Assembly (NCBI GenBank): GCA_965228895.1
Contig: OZ245842.1
Coordinates: 3,168,001 to 3,232,000, forward strand
DNA length: 64,000 nt
Origin: Alphaproteobacteria bacterium
GTDB lineage: Bacteria; Pseudomonadota; Alphaproteobacteria; SP197
Direction: 5' to 3'
The notes beneath the pieces were generated by a model. The model worked only from the letters and a program-made list of their open reading frames with translations, was not told the DNA's origin and did no database searches. Every line of letters starts with the position of its first letter. Positions within the stretch are counted from its first letter, which is position 1. Positions 1 to 9,710 of the stretch are shown piece after piece. The translations under genes were made by a program, and so were the position numbers.

Positions 1-156
1 CAGACCTTCGATCAGATCCAGACGCGCGCTGATCGTCGTCAAGGCCAGGACGGTGCCGACCGAGATAAGAACGATCAAGCCCAGTACGATCGAGAACAAC
101 GATGCGATCGGCAGGCGCAACCGGCTGGGTGCGGTATCCGTGTTCGGTGTGGTCAA
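1..156 (-). CDS. 5' part of a membrane-anchored protein (possibly sensor/adenylate cyclase-like), runs off the window edge
   Basis: Open minus frame from TTG at 156: MTTPNTDTAPSRLRLPIASLFSIVLGLIVLISVGTVLALTTISARLDLIEGL, one TM helix; co-directional with COQ9. Confidence 0.5.
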   Translation of the reverse strand, partial: MTTPNTDTAPSRLRLPIASLFSIVLGLIVLISVGTVLALTTISARLDLIEGL

Positions 157-181
157 CCGCGCATTCTTCGGTCGAGGGGTG

Positions 182-847
182 TCAGGCGCGCCTGCCCCGA
201 AGCCGGGTGAAGAACCCTTCGACCAGGCGGTCCGGGTTGGGCAGGACCTTCTCCAGACGGAAACGGGCCTTTTGGATGCTCATGACGTTATTGATGCGCC
301 GGTCGAGAAAAGCCCAGGTGTCGGCGAAACCTTCGGACTTGTCGTTGATCCAGTAGAGCAGCGTCGAAGAGTAAACGCCCGCCAGCAGCATGCGCTTGGT
401 GTAGAAGTTGATGTCGGTCGCGTCATCGCCGGCGGCGCGCCACATGAGATCGACCGTCCTGTAGAGGCCGCGGATCGTGCCCGGCCCGTTCTGCGGCATG
501 ACCTGAAGCGACAGCGCCCGGCGCACGGCCTCGCGGTGGGGCGCGTGCAGTTCCAGACGCACGCGCACGGCGGTCGCGATGCGCTCGCGGATGCGCATGG
601 CCGGCAGGTCGCGTGCTTCCAGTGCTTCGACCATGCGCCGGTCGGCCTCGGCGACGAACAGGTCGACCATTTCGTCGGCGCCGCCGGGGAACAGCCGCCG
701 GATCTCGGCGAGGTCAAACCCCAGATCGTCCCCACCGGCGCGCATCGCCGTCATGGTCCAGCCGTCGAAGGCAACATGGGGCAAGGTTGCCGCGAGCAGA
801 TCACGGCGCAGCGTGTCGCGGGACGTCTTGGCTTTGGTGGTGGTCAT
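182..847 (-). CDS. COQ9 family ubiquinone biosynthesis protein (rpsU-divergent type)
   Basis: LPHVAFDGW, WRAAGDDATDINFYTKR, TWAFLDRRI motifs; near def and rpsU. Confidence 0.9.
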   Translation of the reverse strand: MTTTKAKTSRDTLRRDLLAATLPHVAFDGWTMTAMRAGGDDLGFDLAEIRRLFPGGADEMVDLFVAEADRRMVEALEARDLPAMRIRERIATAVRVRLELHAPHREAVRRALSLQVMPQNGPGTIRGLYRTVDLMWRAAGDDATDINFYTKRMLLAGVYSSTLLYWINDKSEGFADTWAFLDRRINNVMSIQKARFRLEKVLPNPDRLVEGFFTRLRGRRA

Positions 848-905
848 CGCCTTGTCTCCTTGGGCCCTCTAAACGCTTGTTCGCTCGGAAAAGCCCGATG
901 GTTCA

Positions 906-1457
906 CTACTCGGCCGCCGCATCCTCGCCGGCATCCTCGATGTCGACTTCGCGCGGCGCGTACCAGCGCCATTCGCTTTCAAAGATCAGCTGCGACAGGT
1001 CCGCCATGCGCTGAGGATAGAGGATGCCGTCCAGATGATCGAACTCATGCTGGACGACAACCGCGTGCATGCCGTCGACCGTGCGGTCGATCGCCTCACC
1101 TTCCGGCGTCACCCCGGTGTAGCGCACCATGGGCGAGCGCGGCACCATACCGCGCAGTTCGGGCACCGAAAGGCAGCCTTCCCAGCCTTCGACCCGCTCG
1201 TCGCTCAAGAGTTCCCAGACCGGGTTGACGATGGCCGTGACGCCTTCGTAGTCGGGATCTTCCGGCGTGATAAAGACGGCGACGCGCAGGGGCACGTGGA
1301 CCTGCGGCGCGGCAAGGCCGCGGCCATTGGCGTCGTGCATGGTTTCGATCATGTCGTCGACCAGGCGGCGCACGCCGGGTAGTGTGGGGTCCGGCACCTC
1401 TTCGGCGCGGCGGCCCAGGACCGGATGTCCCATGCGGGCGATTTTAAGGATGGGCAC
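906..1457 (-). CDS. def: Peptide deformylase
   Basis: GxGLAAPQ, EGCLS and QHEFDHLDG motifs. Confidence 0.95.
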   Translation of the reverse strand: MPILKIARMGHPVLGRRAEEVPDPTLPGVRRLVDDMIETMHDANGRGLAAPQVHVPLRVAVFITPEDPDYEGVTAIVNPVWELLSDERVEGWEGCLSVPELRGMVPRSPMVRYTGVTPEGEAIDRTVDGMHAVVVQHEFDHLDGILYPQRMADLSQLIFESEWRWYAPREVDIEDAGEDAAAE

Positions 1458-1466
1458 GCGTTGCTC

Positions 1467-2351
1467 CTAGTTGTGCACGAGATCGGAACCAGAATACCGG
1501 AAACCGAAACCGTTGCCGCGCCCGGTGATATGGCCGATCGACGGCAACGGGAAATGCTGGGTCATGACGAGGACATCGCGTTCGCAGTAGCTGTCCAGAA
1601 ACCGGCGGCGCGTTTCGCCGCCCATTGCGGGATCGAAGTCGAAGGACGGCGACCATTCGGGGTGCGGCAACTGCATGGGGCAATGGATGAGATCGCCGGT
1701 CATGACGCCATCGGCGCCGTTCGAGCGCAAACGGAAGGCGACATGGCCGGCGGTGTGACCGGGCGTCGGTTCAAGCCAGATGTTGTCGTCGAGCTGATGG
1801 TCCATCTCGACAATGACCGCCTGGCCGGACTCGACCACCGGCAAGACGCTTTCCTCGTAGACCTTGTCCTCGCCGCCCGCCTCGGCCGCGGCGGCCTCCA
1901 GCTCGGCGCGCGCGAAAACGTACTTGGCGTTCGGGAAGGTCGGCACCCAGCGGCCATCAAGCAGCTTGGTGTTCCAGCCGACATGGTCGTAGTGCATGTG
2001 GCTGCACATGACGAAATCGATCGCTTCGGGCTGGACACCGGCCGCCGCCAGCTTGGTCAGCAGCGGCGATGCGCCCCATTGGTGGGCATCAGGTGTGCTG
2101 GGGATGGTCTTGTGGCTGCCGATACACGTATCGAGCAGGATGGTGTGACGGCCGGTCCTGACCAGATAGGTCTGGACCGGCATGATCAGCTCTCCCGTTT
2201 TGGGACAGATGGCCGCCGGTTCAAGCCACGACCGGTGGGGTTCGAGCGCTTCCGGCACCGCATCCGGGAAATCGCGATGCGGCAGGCCGGCCAGATCGAT
2301 CCGCTCGACCATGGCCTGAACCTGGATATCGCCGATGGAAAAACCCGTCAT
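1467..2351 (-). CDS. MBL-fold metallo-hydrolase
   Basis: HMHYDHVGWN, PTPGHTAGH, TGDLIH motifs. Confidence 0.9.
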   Translation of the reverse strand: MTGFSIGDIQVQAMVERIDLAGLPHRDFPDAVPEALEPHRSWLEPAAICPKTGELIMPVQTYLVRTGRHTILLDTCIGSHKTIPSTPDAHQWGASPLLTKLAAAGVQPEAIDFVMCSHMHYDHVGWNTKLLDGRWVPTFPNAKYVFARAELEAAAAEAGGEDKVYEESVLPVVESGQAVIVEMDHQLDDNIWLEPTPGHTAGHVAFRLRSNGADGVMTGDLIHCPMQLPHPEWSPSFDFDPAMGGETRRRFLDSYCERDVLVMTQHFPLPSIGHITGRGNGFGFRYSGSDLVHN

Positions 2352-2503
2352 GCCTTGAAAACCCTGCTGTTCGGCTTCAACTTATATAGTGACGGCGGCG
2401 CTTCACAACCCGTTGGCGCTGTGCTAGAAGCCGCCTCCCAGTTCATTTGAGCCGACTCGGGCCACGGGCCCAGACGACGAAGCCGACGTTAAGGAGACGA
2501 CCC

Positions 2504-2713
2504 ATCGTTCAAGTAAGTGTCCGCGACAACAATGTCGACCAGGCCCTGCGCGCGCTGAAGAAGAAGATGCAGCGCGAGGGCGTGTACCGTGAAATGAAGC
2601 TGCGTCGCCACTTCGAGAAGCCTTCGGAGAAGCGCAAGCGCGAGCAGGCCGAGGCTGTGCGCCGTCAGCGCAAGCTGGCCAGAAAGCGCGCCCAGCGCGA
2701 AGGCGCCGATTAA
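2504..2713 (+). CDS. rpsU: 30S ribosomal protein bS21, probable non-canonical start (ATC 2504 or GTT 2507)
   Basis: [24 protein letters not shown]...[10 protein letters not shown]; SD AAGGAG at 2491-2496 lies 7 nt before ATC. Confidence 0.95.
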   Translation: MVQVSVRDNNVDQALRALKKKMQREGVYREMKLRRHFEKPSEKRKREQAEAVRRQRKLARKRAQREGAD

Positions 2714-2741
2714 GGCACGGATAGGTCATAGCCGACCACAA

Positions 2742-2773
2742 GGGCGGTGCGCTTCGGCGCAGCCGCCCTTTTT
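2742..2773 (+). terminator. Intrinsic terminator of rpsU
   Basis: GGGCGG-TGCGC TTCG GCGCA-G-CCGCCC followed by TTTTT. Confidence 0.85.
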
Positions 2774-2807
2774 GCTGCGCAGGCCTGCTTGCGCGCCAGC
2801 GCGCAAC

Positions 2808-3021
2808 CCCCTCACCCCAGCCCTCTCCCTCGCTGGGGAGAGGGAGCCCGGCTTCGTTTCCCTCGCCCCTTGAGGGAGAGGGATGCGCAGGCTCGGGCGC
2901 GTCAGCGCCACGGAGCCCGATCGACCCACATCGAACGATGTGGGTCGTGAATCGGCCTCCGATTATGAGGCAAGAGCTAGGCCACCGAATGGCCTAGCTC
3001 GGGCCGGAGCTGAGTGAGGGG
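2808..3021. repeat. Palindromic REP/MITE-like element, copy 1 (with an internal insert of hairpins)
   Basis: Ends CCCCTCAC...GTGAGGGG; internal CCCTCTCCC/GGGAGAGGG hairpins; aligns with the reverse complement of 54847-54970. Confidence 0.8.
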
Positions 3022-3047
3022 AAACCGTTCAAACAGGATCCGCTTGA

Positions 3048-4439
3048 TCACCCCAGCGACTTGACGACGTCCTCGACCATCTTCTTGGCGTCGGCGAACA
3101 GCATCATGGTGTTGTCGCGGTAGAAGAGCGGGTTGTCGATGCCGGCGTAACCGGGCGACAGCGACCGTTTGACCACCAGCACCGTGTTCGCCTTTTCCGC
3201 ATCCAGGATCGGCATGCCGGCGATCGGGCTCGACGGGTCGGTCTTGGCCAGCGGGTTGCAGACGTCGTTGGCGCCGATAACGAAGGCGACGTCGGCGGTA
3301 GCGAACTGGCTGTTGATCTCCTCCAGCTCAAACACCTCGTCATAGGGGACGCTTGCCTCGGCCAGCAGCACGTTCATGTGGCCGGGCATGCGGCCCGCGA
3401 CCGGGTGGATGGCATAGGCGACGTCGACGCCTGCCTCCTTCAGCATGTCGGCCATTTCGCGCACCGCGTGCTGGGCCTGGGCGACGGCCATGCCGTAGCC
3501 CGGCACGATGATGACCTTGCTGGCGTTCTGCATGATGAAGGCGGCGTCATCGGCGCTGCCCTGCTTCACCGTGCGGTCGCCGAGATCAGCGCCGGGTGCG
3601 GCACCCTCGCCGCCGAAACCGCCCAGGATGACGTTGAAGAACGAGCGGTTCATGCCCTTGCACATGATGTAGCTCAAGATCGCGCCGGACGAGCCGACCA
3701 GGGCGCCGGTGATGATCAAAAGCTCGTTTTCCAGCGTGAAGCCGATGCCTGCGGCGGCCCAGCCGGAATAGCTGTTCAGCATGGAGACGACGACGGGCAT
3801 ATCGGCGCCGCCGATCGGGATGATCAGCGTCACGCCGATCAGGAAGGCGAGTGCCGCGATGAGCAAGAACGCGAGTTCACTTTGTCCCGTGGCGAACCAG
3901 GCGCCGAGCGCGATAATCGCGATGCCGATGGCAAGGTTCAGGATGTGCTGGCCGGGGAAGACGACCGGCGCGCCGGAGACCAGACCCTGCAGCTTGGCAA
4001 AGGCGATGACCGAGCCGGAGAACGTGATGGCGCCGATCGCCATGCCGATCGCCATCTCGATGCGGCTCGCCATCTTGATGGTGCCGTCGGCGCCGACGAT
4101 GTTGTAGGCCTCCGGCGCATAGAACGCGGCGGCCGCGACCAGGACGGCGGCCATGCCGACAAGACTGTGGAATGCCGCGACAAGCTGCGGCATCGCCGTC
4201 ATCTGGATCCTGAGCGCGATGACGACACCTATCGCGCCGCCTATCACCAGGCCGGCGATAATCCAGGTATAGGAGAGCACGTTCGGATCGAGCACGGTGG
4301 TGACGATGGCGATCACCATGCCGGCGATGCCGATGATGTTGCCGCGCCTGGACGACGTCGGCGACGACAGACCCTTCAGCGCCAGGATGAAGCAGATCGC
4401 TGCGATCAGGTAAGCGATCGCGGAGAGATTGGCTGACAT
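3048..4439 (-). CDS. pntB: NAD(P)+ transhydrogenase subunit beta
   Basis: AAFHSLVG, IGGADMPVVVSMLNSYSGWA, PGYGMAVAQAQ, HPVAGRMPGHMNVLLAEA. Confidence 0.97.
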   Translation of the reverse strand: MSANLSAIAYLIAAICFILALKGLSSPTSSRRGNIIGIAGMVIAIVTTVLDPNVLSYTWIIAGLVIGGAIGVVIALRIQMTAMPQLVAAFHSLVGMAAVLVAAAAFYAPEAYNIVGADGTIKMASRIEMAIGMAIGAITFSGSVIAFAKLQGLVSGAPVVFPGQHILNLAIGIAIIALGAWFATGQSELAFLLIAALAFLIGVTLIIPIGGADMPVVVSMLNSYSGWAAAGIGFTLENELLIITGALVGSSGAILSYIMCKGMNRSFFNVILGGFGGEGAAPGADLGDRTVKQGSADDAAFIMQNASKVIIVPGYGMAVAQAQHAVREMADMLKEAGVDVAYAIHPVAGRMPGHMNVLLAEASVPYDEVFELEEINSQFATADVAFVIGANDVCNPLAKTDPSSPIAGMPILDAEKANTVLVVKRSLSPGYAGIDNPLFYRDNTMMLFADAKKMVEDVVKSLG

Positions 4440-4448
4440 GACCCGGCC

Positions 4449-4745
4449 CTAGCGCTGCTTTTTCTTGAACATCTGCAGCATGCGCTGCGTCACCGTGAAG
4501 CCGCCGAAGATGTTGACGGCGGCCAGCGTCACCGCGACGAACCCCAGGATCTTGGAGAGGTTCATGTCGGCGGGCCCGACGGCGATCAACGCGCCAACGA
4601 TGATGACGCTGGAAATCGCGTTGGTGACTGCCATCAGCGGCGTGTGCAGCGCCGGCGTCACGCTCCAGACGACGTAATAGCCGACGAAGATCGCCAGCAC
4701 GAAGACGGTCAGGCGGAAGACGAAGGGATCGACCGCAGCTTCCAT
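4449..4745 (-). CDS. pntAB: NAD(P)+ transhydrogenase subunit alpha part 2 (membrane)
   Basis: [18 protein letters not shown]; [16 protein letters not shown]. Confidence 0.95.
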   Translation of the reverse strand: MEAAVDPFVFRLTVFVLAIFVGYYVVWSVTPALHTPLMAVTNAISSVIIVGALIAVGPADMNLSKILGFVAVTLAAVNIFGGFTVTQRMLQMFKKKQR

Positions 4746-4748
4746 TGT

Positions 4749-5906
4749 CTATTCTCCCCCTTGAGCGACCATCAGCGACGGATGAACGAGTTCGCCATCG
4801 CGCATGGCGCAGGCGCCGGCGATAACCTCGTCTTCCCAATCGATGGCGATGGCGCCTTGTTCGGTGTCGACCATGGGCGACAAGAAGTTCAGCAGATTGC
4901 GCGCGTAAAGCGCCGAGGCGTCGGCAGCCAGTCGCGCGGCGACGTTGGCGAACCCGACGATGGTCACGCCACCGGCCTGCACGACCTGATCGTATTCGGT
5001 GAGCTCGCAGTTGCCGCCGCCCTCAACCGCCAGATCGACGATCACCGACCCGGCCTTCATGTCGGCGACCATCTGGGCTGTGATCAGCTTGGGCGACGGT
5101 TTGCCCGGGATCTGCGCGGTGGTGATGCAGATGTCGTTTTTCTTCAAGGCCCCGTGGATCGCCTCGGCCTGGCGGCGTTTGTAGTCCTCGTCCATCTCCT
5201 TGGCGTAACCGCCAGAGGTCTCGGCTTCACCGGCGCCTTCGACCTCGACAAAGCTGGCGCCCAGGCTCTCGACCTGTTCCTTGACGGCGGGCCGGACGTC
5301 AAACGCGGAGACGACACCGCCCAGACGGCGTGCTGTGGCGATCGCCTGCAGACCGGCAACGCCCGCACCCAGGATCAAGACCTTGGCGGGCGCCACAGTA
5401 CCGGCTGCGGTCATCATCATCGGCATAACGTGTTTGTAATAGATGCCGGCGTCCAGCACGGCCTTGTAGCCGGCCAGGTTCGCCTGAGACGACAGCGCGT
5501 CCATCGACTGCGCGCGACTGATGCGCGGCACCAGTTCCATGGCGAAGACGGTCAGGTGGCGCTCGGCATAGCCGGCGAACTGGCCGGCTTCAGCCTGCGG
5601 ATTCAAAAGACCGATCAGAATCGCGCTTGGCGGCATGAGCGACAGTTCGTCGACGCCGCCATCGGCAACCGTCATCGGCCGCTGGACCTTCAACACGACA
5701 TTGGCGCCCGCAAGCGTTTGGGCGGCGTCGGCGGCAATCTGGGCGCCTGCCTCGGCAAATGCCGCATCGCTCAGGCCCGCGCCATCGCCCGCACCCGCCT
5801 CGATGGCGACCTCGAAACCCAAGGCGGCCAGTTTTTTCACCACGTCCGGAGACGCCGCCACGCGGGTCTCACCCGCCCGGCGCTCCCTGATAATCGCGAC
5901 TTTCAT
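4749..5906 (-). CDS. pntAA: NAD(P)+ transhydrogenase subunit alpha part 1 (NAD-binding dI)
   Basis: Start MKVAIIRER at 5906; PRISRAQSMDALSSQ, GAGVAGLQAIATA, GGYAKEM. Confidence 0.95.
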   Translation of the reverse strand: MKVAIIRERRAGETRVAASPDVVKKLAALGFEVAIEAGAGDGAGLSDAAFAEAGAQIAADAAQTLAGANVVLKVQRPMTVADGGVDELSLMPPSAILIGLLNPQAEAGQFAGYAERHLTVFAMELVPRISRAQSMDALSSQANLAGYKAVLDAGIYYKHVMPMMMTAAGTVAPAKVLILGAGVAGLQAIATARRLGGVVSAFDVRPAVKEQVESLGASFVEVEGAGEAETSGGYAKEMDEDYKRRQAEAIHGALKKNDICITTAQIPGKPSPKLITAQMVADMKAGSVIVDLAVEGGGNCELTEYDQVVQAGGVTIVGFANVAARLAADASALYARNLLNFLSPMVDTEQGAIAIDWEDEVIAGACAMRDGELVHPSLMVAQGGE

Positions 5907-6032
5907 GCCTTCCCCGGTCCACCCTCGCCCGTGTTGCAGTGCACAATGACCGATGGACTGGGGTTTGTGAAGCCCTCCTTGGGGGCGGTTTTCCGGGATA
6001 ATCACGAAACCGCGATGATCTGCCGGGCGCGG

Positions 6033-6074
6033 TTGACGGTTTCGGGTAAAGGTAATATTTAACCATATGGTTAA
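6033..6074 (+). promoter_or_regulatory. Sigma70-like promoter with a perfect 16-bp palindromic operator over the arsR-family start codon
   Basis: TTGACG(6033)-17 nt-TATTTA(6056); TTAACCATATGGTTAA at 6059-6074 contains the ATG at 6067. Confidence 0.75.
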
Positions 6075-6435
6075 TCAACAACAGGACGATCTGTCGTCTG
6101 CCTTTCACGCGCTGGCCGACCCGACGCGGCGCGCCATCCTGGCCCGGCTGGCGCAAGGCGAAGCGCCGGTCGGCGAGTTGGCGCGGCCGTTCGCCATGTC
6201 GGCGCCGGCGATCACCAAACACCTGAAGGTCCTGGAGCGCGCCGGCCTGATTCGCCGACGCGTCGAAGGCCGCGTGCATCATTGCCGGCTGGAAGCCGAA
6301 CCCCTGTCGCGCGCCCAAGACTGGATCGAAGAACATCGCGCGATCTGGGAACGGCAATTCGATCGCCTGGCACGCTACCTCGAACGCACACAAGACGCCG
6401 ACATCACACCAGAAGATGAGGAGAAAACACCATGA
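6067..6435 (+). CDS. ArsR/SmtB family regulator (SRPBCC-associated)
   Basis: FHALADPTRRAIL, SAPAITKHLKVLERAGLI. Confidence 0.92.
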   Translation: MVNQQQDDLSSAFHALADPTRRAILARLAQGEAPVGELARPFAMSAPAITKHLKVLERAGLIRRRVEGRVHHCRLEAEPLSRAQDWIEEHRAIWERQFDRLARYLERTQDADITPEDEEKTP

Positions 6436-6878
6436 CCGCCACGCAGCTGAAAACCGAATCGCTGACCATGCAGCGCCGCTTCAAGGCACCACGCGATCGC
6501 GTGTTCAAGGCCTTTACCGATCTGGACGTTCTGCGCGAATGGTGGGGACCGGAAGGCATGGATCTTCCCGAGGCGTCTTTGGACCTGAAGGTCGGCGGCG
6601 CTTATGACTTCCACATGCGCAATTCAGAAGGTGGCATCCACCGCGTTCATGGCACTTATGTCGAGATCGACGAACCCGAACGCCTGGTCTTCACCTGGCA
6701 ATGGGTGCGCGACGAACCGACTGCCGAAATGCTGATCACGCTCACCTTCCGCGACCACGGCGATGAGACGGAGCTTGAGCTGTTCCAGGAGAAGATGCCC
6801 GACGCCGAATCCGTCGCCGGACACGAGAAGGGTTGGATCAGCAGCTTCAACTGCCTTGAACAGTACCTGGCCGGATAA
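6432..6878 (+). CDS. SRPBCC (AHSA1/START) domain protein
   Basis: RFKAPRDRVFKAFTD..WWGP, DLKVGGAY, HEKGW; ATGA overlap with arsR. Confidence 0.9.
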   Translation: MTATQLKTESLTMQRRFKAPRDRVFKAFTDLDVLREWWGPEGMDLPEASLDLKVGGAYDFHMRNSEGGIHRVHGTYVEIDEPERLVFTWQWVRDEPTAEMLITLTFRDHGDETELELFQEKMPDAESVAGHEKGWISSFNCLEQYLAG

Positions 6879-6892
6879 GGAGCGCGTCGACG

Positions 6893-7522
6893 ATGGCCGA
6901 TCTCATTCTTTACGGCGGGCCGCTCAGCAACTTCGTGCGCACGGCCCGCATCGCCTGCCACGAAAAGGGCGTCGAGTACGATCTGGAATCGGATTTTGAA
7001 TTGAGCAGTCCCGAGCACGCGGCGCGCCATCCCTTCGGGCTGATCCCCGCCATGCGTCACGGCGATATCCGGCTGTTCGAGACCTTAGGTATCGCGACCT
7101 ATGTCGATCGCGCCTTCGACGGCCCGGCCCTGGTGCCCGCCGATGCGCTGGGCGCCGCACGCACCATGCAGTGGGTGAGCGCGTTCACTGATTTCGTCGT
7201 GCGCCACCTGGGCCGCGCCGTCATCTTCGAGCGTCTGGCCAAACCCCATTTCGGCATGGAGACGGACGAAGCGCGCATCGCCGAGGCCATGCCGAAGGTC
7301 GAGCGGATCATGGATGTCTATGACGAGACGCTCGCCGCAGCACCTTACTTTGGCGGTGATAACGCGACGCTCGCCGACTTCTTTATCATCGCCCAGATGT
7401 TCTACGCGGCTATCTGCCCGGACACCGAAACGATGATCGCCAGCAAACCGGCCATCACCGCGTGGATGGACCGCATGAACGAACGCGACAGCGTCAAGGC
7501 GACCGTGCCGCCGTTCGGTTGA
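6893..7522 (+). CDS. Glutathione S-transferase family protein
   Basis: HPFGLIPAM, LFETLGI, TLADFF motifs. Confidence 0.9.
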   Translation: MADLILYGGPLSNFVRTARIACHEKGVEYDLESDFELSSPEHAARHPFGLIPAMRHGDIRLFETLGIATYVDRAFDGPALVPADALGAARTMQWVSAFTDFVVRHLGRAVIFERLAKPHFGMETDEARIAEAMPKVERIMDVYDETLAAAPYFGGDNATLADFFIIAQMFYAAICPDTETMIASKPAITAWMDRMNERDSVKATVPPFG

Positions 7523-7562
7523 GGCACTGTCATGGCGCCGCCGTATCGGCTAGCGTCGCGCC

Positions 7563-8672
7563 ATGACAATTTCGACGACTCTACGTCCCCGTGCCCGAGA
7601 GGCCGGCGTTCCTTTCGAGGGGACACCTGGGCCGCTTAACGCGGTGACCGATATCGCCGGTGTCGAAGTCGGACATACGACGATCGTTCGCGGTGACGGC
7701 CCGCTCGTCATCGGCGAAGGGCCGGTGCGCACCGGTGTCACCGTGGTCTTTCCGCGCGGGCGCGCCGGCGTGATGGATCCCTGCTTCGCCGGCTATCACG
7801 GCCTGAACCCGTGGGGCGAACTGACGGGCATCCAGCGGTTGGAGGCCCAGGGTCTGATGGGCGGGCCGCTCGCGACCACCAACAGCATGTCGGTCGGCCT
7901 GGTGCGCGACACCATCGCGCGCTGGCTGACCGAAGGTCACGACAACGAAACGATGATGACCCTGATGGGCCAATCGATCCGCGTCGTCGGCGAGACCCAT
8001 GACGGTTTCCTGAACGATATCGTCGGCCAGCACGTGACGCGTGAGCACGTGATCGCCGCGCTGGGGGGCGCCACCGGCGGTGCGGTCGCCGAAGGCAGCG
8101 TCGGCGGCGGCACCGGCATGACGGTCTACGAGTTCAAGGGCGGCATCGGCACGGCGAGCCGGGTCGCCGCGACAGAGCCCGGAACCTGGACGCTGGGGGT
8201 GATTGTGCAAGCCAACCACGGGCTGCGCCGCGACCTGACAATCGCGGGTGTGCCTGTCGGCCGCCTTCTGGGCGGCGGACTGCGCGAGCGCGAAGCCGGG
8301 TCGATCATCGGCATGGCGATCACCGACGCGCCGCTGTTGTCGCCACAATTGAAACGCATCGCCCAACGGGTCGGCCTGGGCGTCGCGCGCAGCGGGGCGA
8401 TCGGGCGCAACAATTCCGGCGACATGTTTGTCGCGCTGTCGACCGCCAATCCGGGCACCCTGGCAGCGACCGACGGGCTCCGCGAAGCGCGGTTCCTGCA
8501 CGACGCCCATATCGATCCCCTGTTCGAGGCGGCGGTCGAGGCCGCCGACGAGGCCGTGATCAACGCCCTGTTCGCCGCCGAGACCATGACTGGTTGCGAC
8601 GGCAACAGGGCGCCGGAACTGCCCATCGATGACGTGCTGGAACTCCTTCGTCAGCATGGGCGTAAAGCCTGA
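7563..8672 (+). CDS. P1 family peptidase (DmpA-like aminopeptidase)
   Basis: GPLNAVTDIAGVEVGH, EGSVGGGTGM, KGGIGTASR, GSII autocleavage site. Confidence 0.92.
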   Translation: MTISTTLRPRAREAGVPFEGTPGPLNAVTDIAGVEVGHTTIVRGDGPLVIGEGPVRTGVTVVFPRGRAGVMDPCFAGYHGLNPWGELTGIQRLEAQGLMGGPLATTNSMSVGLVRDTIARWLTEGHDNETMMTLMGQSIRVVGETHDGFLNDIVGQHVTREHVIAALGGATGGAVAEGSVGGGTGMTVYEFKGGIGTASRVAATEPGTWTLGVIVQANHGLRRDLTIAGVPVGRLLGGGLREREAGSIIGMAITDAPLLSPQLKRIAQRVGLGVARSGAIGRNNSGDMFVALSTANPGTLAATDGLREARFLHDAHIDPLFEAAVEAADEAVINALFAAETMTGCDGNRAPELPIDDVLELLRQHGRKA

Positions 8673-8759
8673 GCCGCATTCGGATGAGAAATCCGGGCGG
8701 GCCTGCTATATGGGGACCGAGGTGGCGCATCTGAACCTGGAGCAACGGAGCCCCGTCGA

Positions 8760-9602
8760 ATGATCAAACGCGTGCTGGTCGGCGTCTGCCAATCGCCGGC
8801 CCAGAACGACATGGCAGCCCTGGCCGTCGACATCGCGAAACGCGCCGAGGCTGGCGTTACCGGCCTTGCGGTGGTCGATGCCGACCGCATCGCGCCGGTG
8901 TCGCCGGCAGTGACCGGCGTCTATTCCTCGCAAATCAAGCAGCGGGAAAACGAGCTGGCGGCGGCGCGCGATCAGGCGACCGTGCATATGGCGCCGCTGC
9001 GCAAGGCCGTCGAAGCGGAAGGCTTGCCCTTCAACGAACTAAGACTGGAAGGCGATAGCAGCGATGTCCTGCAGGACGCCTGGCGTTTTCAGGATATCTT
9101 CATCATGGCCAACCGTCCGTGGCCGCCGGGCGAGCGCACCGCCATGCAGGTGACCGCGGTGCTGCGGCTGATCGCCAGCGGCGTCAGGCCCGTCATTGCC
9201 GTTCCGCCGGGCGCGGCGGCATCGCCCCAGACGGTCATGGTCGCGATGTCCGGTTCGCTGGAATGCGCGAAGTCGATGAAGAACCTTCTGCAGATGAACA
9301 TCTGGCCCGATGCCGCCTTGCACCTTGTGACCTCGGCACCAGTCAAGACGGGCGAGCCGGCCGAGCAGCTCCTGGAGCACGCCGCAGAGTTCGCCCAGGC
9401 GTTTGGCCGCAAGACGTCGACCACGGTCATCGAGCGGCCCGCCGACCGCACCGGCGCCCTTATCGCCGCGGCGGCCGATGCGGGCGCGGAGGCGCTCGTC
9501 ATCGGCTCCAGCTACAAACGCTTTCTGGCCGTGCAGCGTTTCGGCAGCCACGCCCAGGAACTGCTACAGCGCTTCCCCGGCGCGGTGTTCGTGTCGCATT
9601 AG
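8760..9602 (+). CDS. Universal stress protein (two-domain)
   Basis: MIKRVLV N-terminus, RPVIAVP, LVIGS...FGSHAQELL..VFVSH C-terminus. Confidence 0.85.
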   Translation: MIKRVLVGVCQSPAQNDMAALAVDIAKRAEAGVTGLAVVDADRIAPVSPAVTGVYSSQIKQRENELAAARDQATVHMAPLRKAVEAEGLPFNELRLEGDSSDVLQDAWRFQDIFIMANRPWPPGERTAMQVTAVLRLIASGVRPVIAVPPGAAASPQTVMVAMSGSLECAKSMKNLLQMNIWPDAALHLVTSAPVKTGEPAEQLLEHAAEFAQAFGRKTSTTVIERPADRTGALIAAAADAGAEALVIGSSYKRFLAVQRFGSHAQELLQRFPGAVFVSH

Positions 9603-9710
9603 GGTCGGTATAGGTGAGAGGATGGAACACCGCTAGCTGTCGGTGATATCGAACATTGGATGGCTGTGTAGACAGCAGAAAATGGCGATGAATGAGCAAC
9701 GAAATCTTCT

